Virus record (IMG/VR): IMGVR_UViG_3300050821_003619
Coordinates: 1 to 64,000 of that record
DNA from: a virus
DNA length: 64,000 nt
Reading direction: 5' to 3' (one strand)
How positions within the stretch are numbered: position 1 is the stretch's first letter; the number at the start of each line of letters is the position of its first letter. The position numbers and the translations under genes are program-made. The notes below the pieces were generated by a model, which worked only from the letters and a program-made list of their open reading frames with translations, was not told where the DNA came from and searched no databases. Shown here piece by piece: positions 27,036-35,811 of this stretch.

Positions 27036-27569
27036 ATGAACGTGTATCTCATATCAGATACCCATTTTAATCATCAAAACATTGCAACCTATTGTCAGAG
27101 ACCATCTGACTTCACTGAGCGCATCATTCGTAACTGGAATAACACAGTTACTGCAAATGACGTTGTGATTCACCTCGGTGACGTACAGATCGGTCAGAAG
27201 TCTCAGTGGATCATTCCAAGCTTGAACGGAAGGAAAGTTTTAGTTAGAGGTAATCACGACAGAGATAAATCAAACATGTGGTGGATGGAAAACGGTTTTG
27301 ATTTCTCCTGCGACTCTATGATCTTCCGTGGTATGTGGTTAACCCATGAACCGGCTAAGGCGCTTCCAGAGGGGTGCTTGTATAACCTCCACGGTCACCT
27401 GCATAACATCTGGCACGGCTTCAGACCTGATAGAGGAGCAGAGCCAACTAAGCTGCATAATCCATGGCAAAGATTATTTGCTATCGAGTATACAGATTAT
27501 CGGCCTGTAGAGTTTGACAAGTTTGTTAGCCATCCAAAGAAGTACCTAGCCACTGGCTTAGGAGATTAA
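27036..27569 (+). CDS. Calcineurin-like phosphoesterase (phage type)
   Basis: SDTHFNH, HLGD, GNHD, THEP, HGHLH. Confidence 0.9.
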   Translation: MNVYLISDTHFNHQNIATYCQRPSDFTERIIRNWNNTVTANDVVIHLGDVQIGQKSQWIIPSLNGRKVLVRGNHDRDKSNMWWMENGFDFSCDSMIFRGMWLTHEPAKALPEGCLYNLHGHLHNIWHGFRPDRGAEPTKLHNPWQRLFAIEYTDYRPVEFDKFVSHPKKYLATGLGD

Positions 27570-27575
27570 AAGTTT

Positions 27576-27651
27576 GTGCGTTTGGCAGAGAATTGATGCA
27601 CCCGGCTCTTACCCGGTGACCAAGTTGGGGAAGTACCAACAACGCACACCA
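27576..27651 (+). tRNA. tRNA-Lys(CUU)
   Basis: Loop CUCUUAC, CCA; T loop GGAAGUA. Confidence 0.8.
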
Positions 27652-27657
27652 AAATAC

Positions 27658-27714
27658 AAATAGCCCCGTAGGAACTTAGGATAAAACCTAGGCTCTTACG
27701 GGGCTATTTTTTTT
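27658..27714. terminator. Terminator between convergent operons
   Basis: AAATAGCCCCGTA...TACGGGGCTATTTTTTTT. Confidence 0.8.
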
Positions 27715-27716
27715 GT

Positions 27717-28163
27717 CTATTTACCTTTACAAGCTGCTGAACCAGAGCACTCAAGTCTTCCACAGCTATGAACCCAAGGATCACCCGTGTCAAACTGCCT
27801 TTCAATCCCGGCGCTAAAATCGGCTGTCCGCTCAGTTCCTGCTCTGCCCTCTTGTTCTTGAGGCGGGGAAGGTACCGTGGAAAGGTCCAAAGCTTCTGTG
27901 TCTATGTATATAGGCATAGGCGATAGAAATCGGTTTAGCATATCAGTGGCTAGCTTTACACCGGCCTCTGATCCGTCATGCACACCCTTGCTATAAGCCT
28001 GATGTTCTCTGTATTGAATTTCTTTTTCATTGCTCTTTAGAAACCATTTTAGGTCTTCAATATCGCGTCGAAGGGCAAGTACCTCGCAAGCATTTGAACA
28101 ATAATCAGGACCCGGTGGAATTTCCTTATTACAAACCAAGCATGTATCTTTAATATCTTCCAA
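27717..28163 (-). CDS. Hypothetical protein with N-terminal Zn ribbon
   Basis: CLVC...YCSNAC. Confidence 0.6.
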   Translation of the reverse strand: MEDIKDTCLVCNKEIPPGPDYCSNACEVLALRRDIEDLKWFLKSNEKEIQYREHQAYSKGVHDGSEAGVKLATDMLNRFLSPMPIYIDTEALDLSTVPSPPQEQEGRAGTERTADFSAGIERQFDTGDPWVHSCGRLECSGSAACKGK

Positions 28164-28171
28164 GTTTTCTC

Positions 28172-28516
28172 CTAATAAATGGGAATGTTGTGGCTGAATA
28201 GTTGGCTCCTCAGTTGGAACACTTTCACCTCAAACTCAATTCCATGTGGTATACCCGGCCAAACTATGTGTGCCATCTCGTGTAGGAATTCCCTGATGTA
28301 GTGTTTGAAGAGCCGAAGGTACCATCGATTAAACCTGATGTCGGCATAATCTTTGTACAGGTGACAATCGGCTAGTGATTCCGGCATGTACCAAGCGAAC
28401 CTGATCTCAACCCTGTCAGGAATGTGCGGGTATATCCCGCGAAGGAAATGGTAGTGTTCTGTAAATATTCTACGCGTTTCCTTCTCAGAAGCATATTTGG
28501 GATAGTGTTTGTACAA
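28172..28516 (-). CDS. SprT-like zinc metallopeptidase
   Basis: HEMAH (HExxH) followed by HG..F. Confidence 0.65.
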   Translation of the reverse strand: MYKHYPKYASEKETRRIFTEHYHFLRGIYPHIPDRVEIRFAWYMPESLADCHLYKDYADIRFNRWYLRLFKHYIREFLHEMAHIVWPGIPHGIEFEVKVFQLRSQLFSHNIPIY

Positions 28517-28521
28517 GACTA

Positions 28522-28818
28522 TTACAGCCTTTCATCATAAAAAGCAGTGTTTGTTTTGAGATCATATCCGGCAAAGTTGAAAACTCTTTTGTCCCAACGT
28601 TCAGAGTAAGCACTATAAGAACCAAAAGTGCCTCCTTGTGGTTTTCTTTGTATAGCAATTTCTTGTGTTGGTGCCGGTGGGTACTTCTCGATGTATTCCC
28701 TTGTGCATCCACAGCGGGTCCTCAGCACATACTGGCAGGTATTGGGCTTCGGCTGATTGATACCCAGCTTTTCTTCAAGCACTTTAATGCGTCCTTCCAA
28801 TTGTTCTAGCGCTATCAC
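28522..28818 (-). CDS. Hypothetical protein
   Basis: Packed ORF. Confidence 0.55.
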   Translation of the reverse strand: MIALEQLEGRIKVLEEKLGINQPKPNTCQYVLRTRCGCTREYIEKYPPAPTQEIAIQRKPQGGTFGSYSAYSERWDKRVFNFAGYDLKTNTAFYDERL

Positions 28819-29261
28819 AGGTTCTCCTTATCGCCGGTTCCTTCTTCCATGCCAGAGTTGGGACCAAAGAAGTAACTATGAACATCCTGCTTGATCGTGC
28901 TGAATGCTGAGCGTAGCAGGTCTTTCACTGCTAGTCTTTGCTTGGCATCGGTGAAAGAGGCATCGATCACTGTGAGCACTTTTCCCTTTAGCCGGGAAAT
29001 CTGGTGGTCAAACAGGCTATACTCTGAGGAGGAGAGGGTTTGGTTCTGGTCATAGACCACTTCTGCGCGGGTAAACCTCACTACACGGTAGTACCCATAC
29101 TCTGGTTGATTCTTTAGATTCTCTGCCCACTTCTTGGCGTTCCTTATAGCTTCAGGTTGGTCATCGAACAGGTTGTATTCGTCATTGGCATTCAGCCACG
29201 AGTCACCCTTAATGCTTTCATCGTCTGAAACAAATTCCACTCCGTAAACTGTTTCTTGCAT
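28815..29261 (-). CDS. Hypothetical protein
   Basis: RBS AAGGAG; behind a consensus promoter. Confidence 0.6.
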   Translation of the reverse strand: MQETVYGVEFVSDDESIKGDSWLNANDEYNLFDDQPEAIRNAKKWAENLKNQPEYGYYRVVRFTRAEVVYDQNQTLSSSEYSLFDHQISRLKGKVLTVIDASFTDAKQRLAVKDLLRSAFSTIKQDVHSYFFGPNSGMEEGTGDKENL

Positions 29262-29305
29262 AACGTCTCCTTAGGTTTTAACGGGGGTTTTCACCCCACA
29301 CAAAA

Positions 29306-29334
29306 ATTATATACCCCTGCTAGGAAAATGTCAA
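29306..29334 (-). promoter_or_regulatory. Perfect sigma70 consensus promoter
   Basis: TTGACA-N17-TATAAT. Confidence 0.85.
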
Positions 29335-29399
29335 CTAATTTGGTGCCTAGGCGTTAAAGCGCCTAGCTAGGGTTTAGGCGGAAAATAGCCTAGGGTCCT

Positions 29400-29670
29400 A
29401 CTGAGTCTGAAAGCGATTTCTGACAGGTACAAAAAATGTAATCCGGAGGGGACCTCTCTGAAAAGTACAAAAATGTATAACGCTGCCCCGCGTTTCGATA
29501 GGGGGGTCCTCTTCGGGGGGTATACCGGGGGTCCTTCGCCTATCCTTCGCCCACTCCTGTCCGTCTGGTCGGTTGCTCTTCGTGTTCGCTCTGTGTTCGC
29601 CTTTCGCTTTGTGTTCACTATTGCGCGTAGATATACGTTGGAGTGGTTCGCTTTCTATTCGCCTTCACGC
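29400..29670. repeat. Low-complexity repeat region, possible genome terminus/packaging site
   Basis: GTACAAAA(A)ATGTA twice, G-runs, many (G)TTCGC units; strand switch point. Confidence 0.4.
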
Positions 29671-29699
29671 CATATTGCTGGGAATAAGACAAAGTGACT

Positions 29700-30870
29700 T
29701 AATCTTCGAAGAATAAACGTACGCTGTACGCTGTGAAGGTCCGGGAGAGATAGCAGGAACAGCTAAGGGAAGAGCCCGTGTGATACGGGGTAGACACAGC
29801 TAAACGGCGGGGTCTGCAACTAAGGAATTAGTAGTACAAGGTCGGATAGTCTAGTGAATGAGTAGGCATAAGAACAGCAATCACAACAGTTTAGATTAGT
29901 CAATACCCTAATAGTCACCAACAGTAATGGCACTGGTTTAGTGTTATAGTCAACTACAACACTTCTGGTTTGATTACCTTAAACGTTACCGGGCACGCAT
30001 TAGAAGCCATATGAGCGCCTGTGGGTATTTGAATGGATGTGAGTGTGGTTAACGCCTTGGAAGCTCACCTAGGGCAAATGGCTAGGCTTGCTGCCCTATC
30101 CTAGAGTGTGTGTCTATATACCTAGTAGTGCCTCCATACTCTCCGGCGAAGATCAAGCGTATTGTGTACGGTCATATAATAGAAGACAGTCGAGGTTTAC
30201 CGTACGGTGAAACCAGCCCAGCGAATGACCGGCGAAGCTTTGGTAAAAGTTTAACTCTATTTGGTGTGTTATCAACAGCTTGCAGCATGTTTACTGGTTT
30301 GCTATATGCAACAGGAATGGCTGTGATAATGTGTTCCTACCAAACGCGATAAGTCAAGAGCGAATGGCGGTCGGCACCCGAAGCAGGGTCAGTAGATTAA
30401 ACCGGCGAGTTGAGGGCCTTCAATCCTCGACGAGCTACCCTAGACGGGCAATGGCAGAGCGCACGACAGGCTCAACCGGACGGTGCTAGCTGAATGGCTG
30501 AAAAGTCTAATGTTCACCCTACGTGCGAGGGTCAATCGCTCAATCTCAAGTACACTCCTAAGCTTACGGGCGTGCCGATTGAGGCTATCAGATGCGAAGG
30601 GCATCATAGAGCACATCGGAATAGGGAGCGCTACAGCAGGAAGGCAGCTTACGCCGTATCAAGCAGCCTGCTAAGCACGTATGAGAGATTGAGACAACTA
30701 AAACGCACAGTGGATTCGGATAGTGATTGCGACACTGACTGACCACTTAAAACAACATCAAAGCCCTACAGAGTGAATCGCAGCCTAGTTGCAAAGGGCT
30801 GCGCGAGTGACCCGTAGGCTATACGCATGAGCATATGCCTTGCCAGTAATCAAGCTAGCTCACGCGTTAA
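29700..30870 (+). ncRNA. Large structured non-coding region (putative long ncRNA or early leader)
   Basis: No RBS-supported ORF over ~1.2 kb; many local and long-range helices. Confidence 0.55.
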
Positions 30871-30871
30871 T

Positions 30872-30962
30872 GCACGTAGGTCCTAAGCCTTCGTGCTCAC
30901 TGCTCCACCACATCATACGATTGGTTCAATAAGAGAGCAGTGAGTAGGAGGGCTTAGACATG
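30872..30962 (+). promoter_or_regulatory. SD-switch element A
   Basis: GCACGUAGG-UCCUAAG-CCUUCGUGC, hairpin, GGAGGGCUUAG-AC-AUG. Confidence 0.6.
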
Positions 30963-31193
30963 AGACTGAAAGATGTACCATTCGCACCAGCGTACGTTGT
31001 ATTCCATGCTGCATATGACAATGGAGCAATGGACGTTTGGCCTGCTACAACCTTTGCCGAAGCACAAGAACGCGCTAGCCATCATCAGAGCAGACTTGAG
31101 GAATCTGGCTATGATGAGGCTGGTATCTGGAAGGCATACGAGAAGCTTCCACGCAAGAAGGTTCATATATTCCACACATTAAAGGGAGAGTAA
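30960..31193 (+). CDS. Early hypothetical protein
   Basis: GGAGG RBS. Confidence 0.65.
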   Translation: MRLKDVPFAPAYVVFHAAYDNGAMDVWPATTFAEAQERASHHQSRLEESGYDEAGIWKAYEKLPRKKVHIFHTLKGE

Positions 31194-31375
31194 TATGTCA
31201 ACACGCGCCACACTTCGCAAGTACGAAGCCGTACAAGAGCGGCATGATGCCGCATTCGACCGTGCCTTCTCTATTCGGCGAGAGGCACAGCGTATCCTTC
31301 GCCAGAAGCGTGCACAGATTAGAGTGACTGTGCTCAATGAGAAACGCGACCTACCATTCTAAGAGGAGATAATCA

Positions 31376-31579
31376 ATGACCACTGATGTTAAAGCTGTAT
31401 TGTCTGGGGAAGAAACACAGGACGCCATTGACTACGTTGAAACCGCTTTGGCCGAAGGCATAGGAGAGATTGAAGACATGCTGAGGCGCAGGGCTAGTAG
31501 GTACACACTGAAAAGCGAGGAAGCGCTCAAGATTCGCAAGGCGCTTGACTTACTTAACAGTGTAAAGGTTGGCATCTAA
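31376..31579 (+). CDS. Early hypothetical protein
   Basis: GAGGAG RBS. Confidence 0.65.
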   Translation: MTTDVKAVLSGEETQDAIDYVETALAEGIGEIEDMLRRRASRYTLKSEEALKIRKALDLLNSVKVGI

Positions 31580-31585
31580 GTATAT

Positions 31586-31730
31586 AACGCAAGGTTTGGT
31601 GCCTTGCGTTGGCCCATACACCTTAGGCAGGATCGTAGGGGACTTGCAGCACGCTAGAAGCACTCTTATGAGGCGCGTGTAATGGGTGTGGGTTCGACTC
31701 CCGCATGGGCCAACGGAGGGCACCAACATG
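31586..31730 (+). promoter_or_regulatory. SD-switch element B with tRNA-like T arm and acceptor stem
   Basis: AACGCAAGG-UUUGGUG-CCUUGCGUU; GGCCCAU...GUGGG-UUCGACU-CCCGC-AUGGGCC; GGAGGGCACC. Confidence 0.65.
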
Positions 31731-31913
31731 GTTGACACGTATATGTTCGCTGATAGTGTCACGGGTTTAACACACATGTTGACCCTGACACTTACACTTA
31801 GGCGACACGGATACACCACGCACGCACATACAAAGCGCGTTGCTGGATTCTTGTTGCATGTACTCACAGCTACACCTAAGCCGCATGCATCGCGGAAGGA
31901 ACGAGGTCTATAA
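31728..31913 (+). CDS. Early hypothetical protein
   Basis: ATG after GGAGG, in frame with track ORF 31686..31913. Confidence 0.55.
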   Translation: MVDTYMFADSVTGLTHMLTLTLTLRRHGYTTHAHTKRVAGFLLHVLTATPKPHASRKERGL

Positions 31914-32185
31914 TGCCAATCGATTACGAGCGTGCTAAGCGTGAAGGTCCCAAGCTTAAGGCTGCACTGACACGCGCAGCTAAGACGCCAGACGTTGCAC
32001 AACGTTTTGAGAGAGTTAAGAAGGCCTGCAAGCAAGCTGTGTACGCATGGGAGCAATGGGGCGCATGGCCCGACAATTGGCGTGTATGGGAATCTGCTCT
32101 TGTAGATGCTAGCAATGCATACACGCGTGAGACTGGCGTATACGTTAACACTCCGTTATTAAGCAGATTGGAGGGTTTACTCTAA
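31913..32185 (+). CDS. Early hypothetical protein
   Basis: Translationally coupled. Confidence 0.6.
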   Translation: MPIDYERAKREGPKLKAALTRAAKTPDVAQRFERVKKACKQAVYAWEQWGAWPDNWRVWESALVDASNAYTRETGVYVNTPLLSRLEGLL

Positions 32186-32379
32186 TGCAGAAGTGCACAA
32201 TCTGTAAGCAAGATATTGTCCTCGTGCCTAGTGCTGCTGAACGTGCCAAGCGTTACGGTGGCAAGGCTAGCGACTACACTAAGCTATTCACAGAGCATGC
32301 GGCATGCGTGCTCAAGAAGCGTAATGATGAAACCCGTGCATTGATCGAGCGCACCAAAGGAGAATACGTCAATGGCTAA
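32185..32379 (+). CDS. Early hypothetical protein, possible Zn binding
   Basis: CTIC...HAAC; coupled. Confidence 0.6.
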   Translation: MQKCTICKQDIVLVPSAAERAKRYGGKASDYTKLFTEHAACVLKKRNDETRALIERTKGEYVNG

Positions 32380-32719
32380 ATTGAAAGCTACACCAAAGAA
32401 CTATGCCGAAGCTGCTGAGGTTCTCGCAGGATGTGACAGCATTCGCCTAGGCAATAACACGTACCTTGAACGCGATATCATGAACAATATTACTGTGCGT
32501 CTGCACAGTACAGACATTGTGGTGTTTCACAAAGAAGGCAAGACCACTCTGCACACTGGTGGATATCGTACGGTCACTACAAAAGAGAGATTAAACCAGT
32601 TCATCAAGGGCCGTGTATACCAGAAGGATCATAACTGGTATTATGTTGTGAACCGTGGTGAGCTTGGCATCGATTGGAGCAAGCCTATTGACTTTGAAGA
32701 AGGCATGGAGGTGCAATAG
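32372..32719 (+). CDS. Early hypothetical protein
   Basis: AAGGAG RBS. Confidence 0.65.
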   Translation: MAKLKATPKNYAEAAEVLAGCDSIRLGNNTYLERDIMNNITVRLHSTDIVVFHKEGKTTLHTGGYRTVTTKERLNQFIKGRVYQKDHNWYYVVNRGELGIDWSKPIDFEEGMEVQ

Positions 32720-33028
32720 CGCCATGCACAAGTCTGCATATGACTTTCGCATCGAAGACCACGGCACGATCTTCCTGCTATGCCCAATAACGCCCAAGGC
32801 AGAGGCGTGGATTAGTGAGCATATACCCGAGGACGCGCAGCGTATGGGTACGGCAGTGGCAGTAGAGCACAGATATATCGAGGACATCGCTGCCGGTATC
32901 CTTGAGGATGGCTTAAACTTCTATCTGTAGGAGGCACGTATGCACCACGCTCTAGCCTTATTGCAGCTATGGGTTCTGCTGTGCATAGCTGTTAGTCAGT
33001 TCGTGCAAACCACTACTGAGGTGAACTA

Positions 33029-33304
33029 ATGACGCCGGAAATGTTCGCAATGAATCTTGTAGGTACATCCAATACAGTCACAGCGCAAACCATGCGGGGC
33101 ATTGTTGTGGATGCCATCAAGCAATGGGACGCACAGAAAGCCGCAAACTGGCATGGCTGCTGTAATGCTGCTGGACGCTTGGCCGACTTGGTTTGCAATA
33201 TGTATCATCCCAAGGATGCAAAGGCACGCAAGACTTGGCCCACTGCTACATGGGCAGAGATTATTGCTAGTGAACTTGGCATAGAAGTACCGGAGACAGA
33301 CTAA
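33029..33304 (+). CDS. Early hypothetical protein
   Basis: GAGGTG RBS. Confidence 0.55.
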   Translation: MTPEMFAMNLVGTSNTVTAQTMRGIVVDAIKQWDAQKAANWHGCCNAAGRLADLVCNMYHPKDAKARKTWPTATWAEIIASELGIEVPETD

Positions 33305-33469
33305 TGACTAGGTATGACGTGGCAAGATACGAGAATGCCCTGCAAGATATCCTTGACCAATTCATGGGTATAGCAGAGCAAGACCTGACTGTACTGGAGA
33401 AGCGTATTCGGCGCATCGCTGAAAGCACTCTTAGTTCTATCACTAAAGCACAAAGGAGCAGACAATAGC

Positions 33470-33724
33470 ATGCCCACCACGATTAACATCAAGCCTGATT
33501 ACAAGGCCATCCATGCTCGATTCAAAGAGGATGCTGTGCGAACCCTTGAAAGCTTTGCAAGCAAGGGCAGCAAGACTCTCACGCGTTCTGAGGTATACAG
33601 CTTTGTGGCAAGCCTCAGAGTCGCATTGGATACTATCACTGATGTAAGTGAACTTGAACAGTTGCGTTATGATTACGCCGAAGCCGCCAACAAAGTGTTC
33701 GAACGAGTACAGGAGGAGTACTAA
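33470..33724 (+). CDS. Early hypothetical protein
   Basis: AAGGAG RBS. Confidence 0.6.
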   Translation: MPTTINIKPDYKAIHARFKEDAVRTLESFASKGSKTLTRSEVYSFVASLRVALDTITDVSELEQLRYDYAEAANKVFERVQEEY

Positions 33725-34069
33725 TGACTAATCGCGCACGTAAAGCCGCACGCAAACGCTTCCGTAAACTGGCACGCAATGAATATCCACTGACGCCTGA
33801 AGTCCTAGCAGTGTATTGAGTAATGGGGACTACCTGAGTGTGCAAACACAAAAAGGCTTCCCTAAAGAGTATCCCGAGCATAGACCGCATTACGAATAGG
33901 AGATTACGATGTGGATGAGCCAGTTCAATGATTTCGTACACGGGGACCTTGAACAGTTGCATGCGCTGCTTGAAGAAGAGTGTACGTTAGATGAACTTCG
34001 CGCAGCCCTGCAGAACGTTGTGTTCAAGCTGTTGTATCTCACAAAACAACTCAAGAGTAAGTAGGTAGG

Positions 34070-34163
34070 ACGCAAGGATTAAACGGTGCCTTGCGTGAGT
34101 CATCGGGCCGCACTAAGTGCGCTAGGTTGGGCCAACGTCCGATGACTCATGGAGGGCACCATG
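34070..34163 (+). promoter_or_regulatory. SD-switch element C
   Basis: ACGCAAGG-AUUAAACGGUG-CCUUGCGU; GAGUCAUCGG/CCGAUGACUC; GGAGGGCACC-AUG. Confidence 0.65.
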
Positions 34164-34352
34164 CTTAATCAAGCTTATGACGTTGTTGGCAAAATCATGG
34201 AACACGAGGATGGAGTGCTTGACCAAGAAGAGACATTAGAGCTATTCCAGCATCTGGTAGACACCGGCATGGCTTGGCAGCTACAGGGTTCTTACGGTCG
34301 TATTGCTGTGGCTCTGATTCGTGCTGGTTATATCAAGCGAGGTACACGCTAA
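34161..34352 (+). CDS. Early hypothetical protein (LVDTGMAWQLQGSYGR)
   Basis: GGAGG RBS. Confidence 0.65.
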   Translation: MLNQAYDVVGKIMEHEDGVLDQEETLELFQHLVDTGMAWQLQGSYGRIAVALIRAGYIKRGTR

Positions 34353-34440
34353 TGATATGGAGAATAGTGTGCGCGTTGTGGATATACGAGTTCTTCGTAA
34401 AACCCTTGTTCGAACGCTATAAACAGGAGAACAATACAAA

Positions 34441-34698
34441 ATGACAATCAAAGAAGCTGCACAGATGGCACTCGATGTTCAGGACGCTTGTAACCTATCT
34501 GGCGTGGTGCATAGCTTTGCTGAGGTAGTCACTGCTTTGCGTAACTCTCCTGAGTGTACAGGTACAGACTGGGTGAATGAGCACCCTATCGTTACTCTGT
34601 TCCTTGACAAGCTATCTTCGTTGAACAACTACACCAGCACGCTAGGCTACATAGCAGCGTACGAAAAAGTTGAGAAGCTGGCTAAAGGAGAACAATAA
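34441..34698 (+). CDS. Early hypothetical protein
   Basis: AGGAG RBS. Confidence 0.6.
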   Translation: MTIKEAAQMALDVQDACNLSGVVHSFAEVVTALRNSPECTGTDWVNEHPIVTLFLDKLSSLNNYTSTLGYIAAYEKVEKLAKGEQ

Positions 34699-34699
34699 A

Positions 34700-35047
34700 A
34701 TGGGCAGGCCTCGCGGACTACGCAAGGGACCAGATGGTAAGTGGTATATGCCACAAGGAGGAAACAATGCATCGAAAGATAGCAATACTGGCAATGACAC
34801 TGTGCATAGGGTGGCTGCTGCTCCAGTTGTTAATACTGATCCTCAGCCTAGTGTACGGAGTAAGCGTACAGTAAGCATGGATTGGCAGCGCAATGATATA
34901 GTGACTGCCGAGGATGGTGCCGAGCGTAAAACAGCCTTGGTGCTGGGATGGAATGGCAGCAAGATCGTGGTGCAACTGTTGGATGGTGTAACACGCTTGA
35001 CGTTGGATGAGTCTCGCGTGCATTCTATCGGTGAGGTGGGAGTGTGA
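34700..35047 (+). CDS. Early hypothetical protein
   Basis: AAGGAG RBS. Confidence 0.55.
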   Translation: MGRPRGLRKGPDGKWYMPQGGNNASKDSNTGNDTVHRVAAAPVVNTDPQPSVRSKRTVSMDWQRNDIVTAEDGAERKTALVLGWNGSKIVVQLLDGVTRLTLDESRVHSIGEVGV

Positions 35048-35132
35048 CTGAGAAGCTAGCTATACGAGTGCTGTTCACATTCAACGTATTACTTGCTGTA
35101 TACATCTGCGTAATTAACTTGTGGAGGTACTA

Positions 35133-35417
35133 ATGGAATATAAGGACATGTACATGGAGCCCAGAGATCGATACGCGTTGCAGCTTGCACGTCAAAACTC
35201 TGGCTTGCCATGCTCAGATTGCGGTTCACATAAAGGTCACTTCTACTTCTGCACAGCATTGACTGGGTATTGGAACGCTGAGGTTTCACAGTCAGAAGAA
35301 GTAAGCATGGAAGATGTGCTTGGCAAGGCTAAGCCATACATGCAAGATGAGAACGCTGTGCCTGAGTTTGATGTGGCAGATACACGCTGGCTGAAAGCTA
35401 TGGGAGTCCTACTGTGA
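35133..35417 (+). CDS. Hypothetical protein with CxxC..H..C motif
   Basis: GGAGGT RBS. Confidence 0.55.
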   Translation: MEYKDMYMEPRDRYALQLARQNSGLPCSDCGSHKGHFYFCTALTGYWNAEVSQSEEVSMEDVLGKAKPYMQDENAVPEFDVADTRWLKAMGVLL

Positions 35418-35809
35418 GAAAGAAGGAAGCCCGTAAAGGACTGTGCTTCTATTGTGGCAAGCCAGCCAACACTGCAGATCATGTTATCCCACGAAGTATT
35501 GTAGGTTTCATGGAAGTAGAAGATACCTATCAAAACTATGTGGGAGCATGCCACTACTGCAACACAGACAAAGCCCAGATGACTATGGAAGAGTACAGAA
35601 CCTACAGAACGGTTCGTCATTTGTTAGCTATGTCCCCTGCAGTCTGCGTATCTAATATAGTTAGCCTTGTGATTGACCATAAGTTCTACGGGGAAATGCA
35701 CCCAGAGACACAAGGCAAGCAATACGAAACGTTGGTAAAGGAACATCTTGTAGTGGCACAACAGCGACCATCATCTTTGCAGTTCATTAAAAGGGGAAAC
35801 AACACTTAA
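35414..35809 (+). CDS. HNH endonuclease
   Basis: CFYCG..ADHVIP...NYVGACHYCN..K. Confidence 0.85.
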   Translation: MRKKEARKGLCFYCGKPANTADHVIPRSIVGFMEVEDTYQNYVGACHYCNTDKAQMTMEEYRTYRTVRHLLAMSPAVCVSNIVSLVIDHKFYGEMHPETQGKQYETLVKEHLVVAQQRPSSLQFIKRGNNT

Positions 35810-35811
35810 AC

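Noticed and set aside
12571-27651. Stop-codon reassignment or suppressor tRNAs
   Set aside because: No CUA/UUA/UCA anticodon found; long genes are intact under the standard code.
30110-30742. Short ORFs in the large non-coding region
   Set aside because: Overlapping frames, no SD and no recognisable motifs, unlike the real early genes.
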